The translations under genes were made by a program, and so were the position numbers. Below are positions 18,527 through 24,621 of a DNA stretch of 28,860 bases, in pieces. The notes under the pieces are model-generated. The model was not told the DNA's origin, did no database searches, and was given only the letters and a program-made list of their open reading frames with translations. This stretch comes from a virus (lineage: Duplodnaviria; Caudoviricetes), in the IMG/VR virus record IMGVR_UViG_3300011253_000542, positions 1 through 28,860 of that record. One strand, given 5' to 3'. Positions within the stretch are counted from its first letter, which is position 1; each line of letters begins with the position of its first letter.

Positions 18527-18888
18527 TTTTTAAAAAATACGAATTTACAGACGAACAATGGGCAACCATTAGACCAACCCTTTACTCTGAAGATGAGGAG
18601 GGAAACGAAACTTTAATACCAGAACTGAATTCCATCGTAGAGATTGGCTTCATTTGCAAAGCCTGGTCGGGGGGTGAAGAGCCAGAATGTACAGACCTAT
18701 CGACTATGTATAGCGTTGATATGTTATTAAATGAAGATGTTGAAAGTCTTGAGGATTACGAGGTGTATCCTGACCCAGTTGGTGTACATACATTCGCTGG
18801 AGATGACTCGCTTTATTTAAAGGCATACTGTGAAAAATATCCTGAATCAACATTCTGCGTTGTTCCTGAAACGGATGAAGAAGAATGA
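18523..18888 (+). CDS. Acidic hypothetical protein, probable fibre partner/chaperone
   Basis: ATGA-coupled to fibre 2; 121 aa, YSVD and GVHTFAG motifs. Confidence 0.6.
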   Translation: MIFKKYEFTDEQWATIRPTLYSEDEEGNETLIPELNSIVEIGFICKAWSGGEEPECTDLSTMYSVDMLLNEDVESLEDYEVYPDPVGVHTFAGDDSLYLKAYCEKYPESTFCVVPETDEEE

Positions 18889-19304
18889 AAACATATTTGA
18901 CATCCATATTGAAAGTAATAATACTATTTTTTGCACCAATCAAACCGCTTATAATTTTAATTAGTTTAAGCACCATCATTGATACTGCATTTGGCATTTG
19001 GAAAGCCAAACAATTAAACGAAAAAATCACTTCAAAAATATTTAGGAATGGACTCGTTCCAAAACTAATATCATACATCACAACCATTATGATGGTGTAT
19101 GGTTCGGATGTGTTTATTATAAATGAATTAACAATGAGCGTTGTGGATGTTCAATTTCTTGCAACAAAAATAACTGCACTTACATTGATAAGCATTGAAG
19201 TCAAGTCAATGGATGAATCATTTATTGCAGTCAAAGGATATTCGTTTATTGATAAATTCAAGCAAATGATTTCCAAGATCAAAGATGTTAAAAAACAACT
19301 ATGA
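18885..19304 (+). CDS. Holin
   Basis: 2-3 hydrophobic segments, IDTAFGIWKA, ITSK, EVKSMDES, basic tail; precedes endolysin. Confidence 0.85.
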   Translation: MKTYLTSILKVIILFFAPIKPLIILISLSTIIDTAFGIWKAKQLNEKITSKIFRNGLVPKLISYITTIMMVYGSDVFIINELTMSVVDVQFLATKITALTLISIEVKSMDESFIAVKGYSFIDKFKQMISKIKDVKKQL

Positions 19305-19720
19305 GGGCAATCCATAAGATAATCATTCATTGCACTGCAACACGTGAAGGGGATGACATCAGCGTTGATACAATACGAAGATGGCACTTGAATCGTGGGT
19401 GGTCTGACATTGGTTATCATTATGTGATTGATATAAAGGGCAACATAAATGCTGGTCGACCAATTGAATTGATTGGAAGTCACACAAGGGGTGAAAACAA
19501 ATATTCAATTGGGATTGCATATGTTGGTGGTGTGGAAGCTGATGGCAAAACACCAAAAGACACAAGAACAAAAGCACAAAAGGATTCAATAATTAGACTT
19601 GTAAAAAAGTTAAAAGGTTGTTATCCTGATGTTACAATACATGGCCACAATGAGTTTTCAAATGGTTTGAAGGCGTGTCCATCATATAATGTACAAAATG
19701 AAAAGGATTTATTCGGATGA
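19301..19720 (+). CDS. Endolysin, N-acetylmuramoyl-L-alanine amidase (T7 lysozyme-like)
   Basis: IIIHCTAT, GWSDIGYHYVI, SIGIAYVGG, GHNEF, KACPSY. Confidence 0.95.
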   Translation: MRAIHKIIIHCTATREGDDISVDTIRRWHLNRGWSDIGYHYVIDIKGNINAGRPIELIGSHTRGENKYSIGIAYVGGVEADGKTPKDTRTKAQKDSIIRLVKKLKGCYPDVTIHGHNEFSNGLKACPSYNVQNEKDLFG

Positions 19721-20819
19721 ATGGATTGACATTTTTAATAAGTATCCACAATTTGATAATGAACAAAGAGTTCAATATTACAAACGTGTTGGTGATTTAA
19801 CTGGCAAAGCTCCAGCAAGTGTAAAAAAATACTTCTTAAATTTAAAATCCAAGATTGATGCATATTGTGAAACGGCTGGTGTGCCTACTCACAATGTGAA
19901 ACATGGTTGGGTTAAAACCAAAGATACAAGTTTATTTTTTAAGAATCCTGACTTTGAAGGTGCAGTTGATTATGATAAAATTCGTGAACAACTAATCAAT
20001 GATTTAAAAAATTATGCACCAACATATCCACCATTAACAAGGACCAAAATAAAAGATGGTCATTTGCTGGTTGTTGATCCAGCTGATGTTCACATTGGCA
20101 AACTTTGTGAAGCATTTGAAACTGGTGAGGACTACAACACGAACATTGCAGTGCAACGTGTGAAGGAAGGTGTGCAAGGTATCATTGACAAGTCACGCGG
20201 TTATAATATAGACCAAATACTTTTCATTGGTGGCAACGACATACTTCACATCGATAGCCCCAAAAGAACCACGAGTGCGGGTACTCCACAAGATACGGAT
20301 GGAATGTTCTATTCAAACTTTTTAAAAGCAAAACAAGTTTATGTTGATGTTCTTGAAATGTTGCTTCCATTGGCGGATGTACACTTCACATTTAATCCTT
20401 CAAATCATGACTATCAAAGTGGGTTCTTTTTAGCGGATGTAATTCAAACGTGGTTCAGGAATAATAAGAATATGACCTTTGATTGCTCAATTGCACATCG
20501 GAAATATTTTCAGTATGGTCAAAATATTATAGGCACAACACATGGAGATGGTGCAAAGATGAATGACTTGCCATTGCTCATGGCAGTTGAAGCAAAAGAA
20601 TATTGGGCAGACACAAAGCATCGTTATATTTTTACCCATCATGTTCACCATAAGCAATCGAAAGATTATCAGGGTATCACAATTGAGTCATTACGTTCAC
20701 CAAGCGGAACGGACTCGTGGCACCATCGGAATGGATTCCAGCACTCTCCAAAAGCAATTGAAGGTTTCCTATTACATAAAGAGCATGGTCAGGTGGCAAG
20801 GTTTACACACTTATTTTAA
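19689..20819 (+). CDS. Calcineurin-like metallophosphoesterase with N-terminal helical extension
   Basis: DVHIG, GNDILH, SNHD, THGD, HHVHH metal-binding motifs; start may be 19698. Confidence 0.85.
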   Translation: MYKMKRIYSDEWIDIFNKYPQFDNEQRVQYYKRVGDLTGKAPASVKKYFLNLKSKIDAYCETAGVPTHNVKHGWVKTKDTSLFFKNPDFEGAVDYDKIREQLINDLKNYAPTYPPLTRTKIKDGHLLVVDPADVHIGKLCEAFETGEDYNTNIAVQRVKEGVQGIIDKSRGYNIDQILFIGGNDILHIDSPKRTTSAGTPQDTDGMFYSNFLKAKQVYVDVLEMLLPLADVHFTFNPSNHDYQSGFFLADVIQTWFRNNKNMTFDCSIAHRKYFQYGQNIIGTTHGDGAKMNDLPLLMAVEAKEYWADTKHRYIFTHHVHHKQSKDYQGITIESLRSPSGTDSWHHRNGFQHSPKAIEGFLLHKEHGQVARFTHLF

Positions 20820-21197
20820 TATTACTTGCAAAACAATAACACCAATTGCAATGATTAATGATTGTCGTGTGCGTTTAAGTTTTTGTTGTTGTCTTTGGTT
20901 GCTAGTCAAAACAACATCATAACGTTCATTAAGGCTATTTAAAGCGTGTTGAGTGCGTTCAAAGTTCTTTTGTGTGCTATCTATTAACTCTATGTATTTA
21001 AGTTCCTTAAACGCGTTTATTTTAGATTGAGCCATAAGAGAATCTTTTTGAATAAGTTCAACATAAATATCATCCATTTGATTGAGGGTAATAACAACCA
21101 AAGTATCACCAGTTTTTTCATCGATTAATGCGGTTTGAGAATAAGCGAATGCGTTCAGAAGAAGGAAGGATGTGATAATTAAAAACTTTTTTTTCAT
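20811..21197 (-). CDS. Exported coiled-coil protein with C-terminal TM helix (spanin-like)
   Basis: Signal peptide MKKKFLIITSFLLLNAFAYS|Q, coiled coil, C-terminal SLIIAIGVIVLQVIL. Confidence 0.6.
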   Translation of the reverse strand: MKKKFLIITSFLLLNAFAYSQTALIDEKTGDTLVVITLNQMDDIYVELIQKDSLMAQSKINAFKELKYIELIDSTQKNFERTQHALNSLNERYDVVLTSNQRQQQKLKRTRQSLIIAIGVIVLQVILK

Positions 21198-21372
21198 AAT
21201 ATAGTTTAATTGTATCTTGTTGTTTTTGTAAACTATCCAATTGAATATAGATTGTATCGGTATTGGTTAGGATAGGCGGTTCAATGTTGTCTTGTTTCAT
21301 GCGTGTTAAATCATTGATCATTAATGATGCAACTATCAATGCAAATCCGAGTGTGAGAATATAGTATTTCAT
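21118..21372 (-). CDS. N-terminally membrane-anchored protein (i-spanin-like)
   Basis: TM YILTLGFALIVASLMI then helical soluble region; overlaps the next gene by 80 nt. Confidence 0.55.
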   Translation of the reverse strand: MKYYILTLGFALIVASLMINDLTRMKQDNIEPPILTNTDTIYIQLDSLQKQQDTIKLYYEKKVFNYHILPSSERIRLFSNRINR

Positions 21373-21755
21373 AATTGTTGTTTAACTTTGTGCCAATAGG
21401 CAAGTGTTTGTGGTTTCTTGTATCCGTTTGGTCCACCATTCCAAACACGTGCAATGCGTTCAGGTGTTCCATTTGGTGAGTAATATTCTTGTATTATATA
21501 AAATATTTGTATGGATTTTGTTTTGTTCCATCGATCATTTAAGGTGTATTTATTTCTTTTTAAAATGCGATTAACATCTTTTATCATGATTGGTCTAATC
21601 TGCAAAACACCACAAGCATCTTCGCGTTTGTTCCATGCGTTGGGATTGTTACGTGATTCAACATAAATGATTGCATCAACCAATGTGTTACTCCTTGCCA
21701 CACCATCAGGTGATGATGTGGGTTGGAATAAATAAATAAACAATAATAAAATCAC
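21369..21755 (-). CDS. Lysozyme-fold lytic transglycosylase with hydrophobic N-terminus
   Basis: AIIYVES (catalytic Glu), GVLQI, ARVWNGG motifs. Confidence 0.8.
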   Translation of the reverse strand: MILLLFIYLFQPTSSPDGVARSNTLVDAIIYVESRNNPNAWNKREDACGVLQIRPIMIKDVNRILKRNKYTLNDRWNKTKSIQIFYIIQEYYSPNGTPERIARVWNGGPNGYKKPQTLAYWHKVKQQL

Positions 21756-22000
21756 AGATTCACAATATTTTCTTCAGTTATACTATCCATTAACTTACCA
21801 AAGTTAGTCACCAGTTTATCATGGATTTCATTCTTGGTATCTTGCTTGTCAAGTAGTTCACAAGCATCCACAACAAAGGTTTCAAGGGTACGTGATACAC
21901 GTTTAATATCACGTTGAACTTTAACTCCTTTTATTTCAACATCATCCAACAATGGAATCATTTCAAGTGAAAGCAAGTATAGTTTAATTAATGGGTTCAT
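21752..22000 (-). CDS. Hypothetical protein
   Basis: 82 aa; ATGA overlaps on both sides. Confidence 0.65.
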   Translation of the reverse strand: MNPLIKLYLLSLEMIPLLDDVEIKGVKVQRDIKRVSRTLETFVVDACELLDKQDTKNEIHDKLVTNFGKLMDSITEENIVNL

Positions 22001-22422
22001 CTTTGGAACTGGATTCGGTTTGGTACTTTAAACACAGAACACATTTGAATGTGATCTTCAAACAATGGTTTTTCATACTCACACCAAATTTCATAAGTCT
22101 TCAAAGCGTGGATGATTGTTGAGTGGTCACGAAAGCCCATTATTTTACCAATAGTGGCAAGTTTAAGGTTTAAAATGTTACGCAAAAAATAAATTGTTGT
22201 GTATCTTGGACGAATGATTTCTTGTTTGCGTGTCTTTGACAAGATAATATCTTGCATATCATTAGCAGTCAAATCACCATACAAAACTTTTATGATTGGC
22301 TTCTTTGAATAATATTTTGCAACCTGATATTTGATTGCATCAGGTGTTGTGTAGTCAGATAATTGTTTATTTATCTCATAAACATCAAAGGCTGGTATTA
22401 AATAGGGGTGAATGTTTTTCAT
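21997..22422 (-). CDS. DnaA C-terminal (domain IV) HTH-containing protein
   Basis: SKTRKQEIIRPR..IYFLR...LATIGKIMGFRDHSTIIHA matches the DnaA domain IV signature; no AAA+ domain. Confidence 0.85.
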   Translation of the reverse strand: MKNIHPYLIPAFDVYEINKQLSDYTTPDAIKYQVAKYYSKKPIIKVLYGDLTANDMQDIILSKTRKQEIIRPRYTTIYFLRNILNLKLATIGKIMGFRDHSTIIHALKTYEIWCEYEKPLFEDHIQMCSVFKVPNRIQFQR

Positions 22423-22811
22423 TTTGTAATAAGTGAATCTTTTGTGTAAGTTATTTTTGGAACTGGAATTTGTTCACCATTTTCATCAATATAACTTGCA
22501 TTGTATTTCATTGCTGCAAGGGCTTGTTTTGATGCGGTTTCAAAGTTCTTCAGTTCTTGGTGCAACATTTGCCATTCTTCAATGTGTTTGAAATCATATC
22601 GTGTTGCTCCGTTTCTTCGTTCAAATTTAATTCCATGCAGTTCAAATGATTTGCCATACTTCTCTGATTCTTCCAGTGCAATAGGTTCAACATCCTTAAT
22701 TGCTTGGTCAATCTCGCGTTTCAATTCTTTGAGTTCTGCATATGCAATCAGAGGATCGGTGATCCCCTGAATTACATTGTTTGCTATATCATTAAAATGG
22801 GAGTCCTTCAT
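22419..22811 (-). CDS. Hypothetical phage protein
   Basis: 130 aa, coupled to neighbours in the leftward operon. Confidence 0.7.
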   Translation of the reverse strand: MKDSHFNDIANNVIQGITDPLIAYAELKELKREIDQAIKDVEPIALEESEKYGKSFELHGIKFERRNGATRYDFKHIEEWQMLHQELKNFETASKQALAAMKYNASYIDENGEQIPVPKITYTKDSLITK

Positions 22812-23385
22812 CAGTGTCTTGTTTTAATGATTGGTATTCTTTTGACATCACTATTTTTTCCTTAATAAAATCAGGAAAGGAATCGAATAGTTCTTGCTTG
22901 AAATCTGAATAGGTAAATTCTTGTTTATCATTGACTTGATCAGGACAATCCATTCCTTTTGGAAGCATTGATACACTGGCTATGTTTGCATATGTTTTTC
23001 CATTGCCTGATGTTTTGTGAGTGATTGATAAAAGACAAGGAACACCAAGTAAATTAGTTATATCAAATGAATTTGCCTCTTTGTCTGTAAATGATTTGCC
23101 TCGCCAAGATTCCAAGAATGCACGAAGGGTTGATTTCTCATGCAAGGATAGTGTGAACTCCTTTGCAATCACACGTGGTTGTTCACCACGTTCTTCATTA
23201 AATGTGATGAGTTCAGTTGGTAGCTCCCAAGTGATACGGACTTTGTTTCGTTCTTTGGACTCACCATTGAATGTTTCTTCGATGGTGCCAATGTGGATCA
23301 TTGAATAACATCTTGCTGGATATGAACCAGCTGGAATGATTTCAATGCTTTTCTTTGTTTGGTTTGTTGTTGCTAAAATTGCCAT
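22792..23385 (-). CDS. Putative single-stranded DNA-binding / replication protein (NGO0469-like)
   Basis: PAGSYPARCY..IHIGT, ITWELP, TLSLHEKSTLR, LLGVPC; acidic tail DTDEGLPF. Confidence 0.7.
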   Translation of the reverse strand: MAILATTNQTKKSIEIIPAGSYPARCYSMIHIGTIEETFNGESKERNKVRITWELPTELITFNEERGEQPRVIAKEFTLSLHEKSTLRAFLESWRGKSFTDKEANSFDITNLLGVPCLLSITHKTSGNGKTYANIASVSMLPKGMDCPDQVNDKQEFTYSDFKQELFDSFPDFIKEKIVMSKEYQSLKQDTDEGLPF

Positions 23386-23387
23386 GT

Positions 23388-23651
23388 TTATATAAATTTA
23401 ATGTATTTTACTTCTTGAAAATAATCGAGCAATGACATATGAAATGACTTTGCATTGCTTAATGCTTGAGAAAGTAATTCAAGTATTGCATCGTGATTGT
23501 TAAATGTAATGTTTCTTTTGCCTTCAAGTACACTGTTAAGTGTGTGAATAGATATGTTGTGTTTCTCTGCAATCTTTATTCGTTCAGGAACAGTTGTGCA
23601 ACACTTCAAAATATCTTTGAGTTCGTTTGATATTGTGTTTTGAAATTTCAT
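23388..23651 (-). CDS. Putative HTH (Cro/XRE-like) regulator
   Basis: RIKIAEKHNISIHTLNSVLEGKRN helix-turn-helix pattern. Confidence 0.6.
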   Translation of the reverse strand: MKFQNTISNELKDILKCCTTVPERIKIAEKHNISIHTLNSVLEGKRNITFNNHDAILELLSQALSNAKSFHMSLLDYFQEVKYIKFI

Positions 23652-23818
23652 TTTAACTTTTTATAAATGGTTTCGTATTCTCTAATCTTTGATTTTATTC
23701 TTATAGATGGTGAATAATGTTCTTCATCATCATTATAGTAATCAATGTACATCTGTTCCAGTTCATCAAGTTTATCTTGAACCAACTTTCGAAGTTGTGA
23801 CTTTTCATATTCGGTCAT
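23648..23818 (-). CDS. 56-aa hypothetical protein missing from the track
   Basis: MTEYEKSQLRKLVQDKLDELEQMYIDYYNDDEEHYSPSIRIKSKIREYETIYKKLK; ATGA overlap with the HTH gene. Confidence 0.7.
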   Translation of the reverse strand: MTEYEKSQLRKLVQDKLDELEQMYIDYYNDDEEHYSPSIRIKSKIREYETIYKKLK

Positions 23819-23949
23819 AGTAATATTCTAAAAGTGAAACAATGCCAATGACAAACATAATTGTTGCAATGACTGAATAATTAAGGGCAAACAATACCAA
23901 ACTGAATGGTAGGTATGTTGCAAAGTAGATTAATAATATTTTTTTTCAT
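23805..23949 (-). pseudogene. Small two-TM membrane protein gene frameshifted in an A8 tract right after the ATG
   Basis: With A7 it reads MKKILLIYFATYLPFSLVLFALNYSVIATIMFVIGIVSLLEYYYDRI; as sequenced (A8) it gives a 22-aa peptide. Confidence 0.55.
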
Positions 23950-23966
23950 CGTGTTATATTGAAATG

Positions 23967-23974
23967 CAAATGTA
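23967..23974 (-). promoter_or_regulatory. Leftward promoter -7 element TACATTTG
   Basis: Exact TAnnTTTG on the minus strand, 17 nt before ATG 23949. Confidence 0.6.
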
Positions 23975-24010
23975 TAAAAATATTTTACAATAAAAAAAAT
24001 AAAATAATTC

Positions 24011-24040
24011 TTGTTTATATGGTATTAAGTATTAATTTTG
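24011..24040 (+). promoter_or_regulatory. Rightward promoter TTG-N19-TAATTTTG
   Basis: Matches the Flavobacterium/Bacteroides -33/-7 consensus with a 19-nt spacer. Confidence 0.7.
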
Positions 24041-24069
24041 TGTACATAATAATAAAAACAATAACAAAA

Positions 24070-24222
24070 ATGAACAACACAAATTTTTATCACATAGTAT
24101 TAAGTAAAGATGGAGATGTAAAAGAACAAATACTTTGCAATAACAAAAAAAGTAAATTATCAATGGAGTGTCTTGCTAAAACTATAAACGGAACTTATAA
24201 AATTGTAAATCAATACAAATAA
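24070..24222 (+). CDS. 50-aa hypothetical protein in its own promoter-terminator unit
   Basis: MNNTNFYHIVLSKDGDVKEQILCNNKKSKLSMECLAKTINGTYKIVNQYK; A-rich leader. Confidence 0.65.
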   Translation: MNNTNFYHIVLSKDGDVKEQILCNNKKSKLSMECLAKTINGTYKIVNQYK

Positions 24223-24229
24223 CTAACAC

Positions 24230-24260
24230 AAACCCTTCATCATATGGTGAGGGGTTTTTT
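24230..24260 (+). terminator. Rho-independent terminator
   Basis: AAACCCTTCATC-ATAT-GGTGAGGGGTTT stem with T tail. Confidence 0.85.
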
Positions 24261-24274
24261 AATATACATACATT

Positions 24275-24433
24275 ATGCAATACACAATCGAAGATTTAGG
24301 ACATTTTTATTTGCAATCAATAGGATTGGAAACGTACGATCATTATTCAAAGAAGCACATCGAAAATTTAGGATGGCAAGTTTTGGAATCATATGGTTCA
24401 ATCGATAAAGCAATAGAGCATTTTATTAATTAG
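24275..24433 (+). CDS. 52-aa hypothetical protein missing from the track
   Basis: MQYTIEDLGHFYLQSIGLETYDHYSKKHIENLGWQVLESYGSIDKAIEHFIN. Confidence 0.65.
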   Translation: MQYTIEDLGHFYLQSIGLETYDHYSKKHIENLGWQVLESYGSIDKAIEHFIN

Positions 24434-24600
24434 GACGCGTTTTGAGATTTTTTCCCTTATTGCTCCCCCACAAAAATCAAATTCATTTTAAGGGGGGGGG
24501 GTCACTTCAGAAAAAAATGTGTCCTAAATCGTTAAACAATATGATAATCAGTGTTTTACGCGGACACATAGGATTTGTTTTGTTAGTCTAAAAATAAAAA
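24430..24600. other. Structured non-coding region, putative replication origin or regulatory RNA
   Basis: Three GGACRCRT-type repeats in alternating orientation, G10 tract, IHF-like WATCARNNNNTTR at 24546-24558; adjacent to the primase-helicase gene. Confidence 0.5.
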
Positions 24601-24611
24601 TTATACATTTG
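24579..24611 (+). promoter_or_regulatory. Promoter TTTG-N21-TACATTTG for the replication operon
   Basis: Exact -33/-7 consensus, 10 nt before ATG 24622. Confidence 0.65.
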
Positions 24612-24621
24612 TAATCACAAT

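Noticed and set aside
1009-19589. Numerous minus-strand and alternate-frame ORFs within structural genes
   Set aside because: Shadows of well-supported + strand genes with no recognisable motifs
23959-24069. 87-aa version of the small rightward ORF
   Set aside because: The extension spans the promoter region; ATG 24070 fits better
24492-24501. Intramolecular G-quadruplex
   Set aside because: A single G10 run lacks four separate G-tracts; kept only as part of the hairpin element
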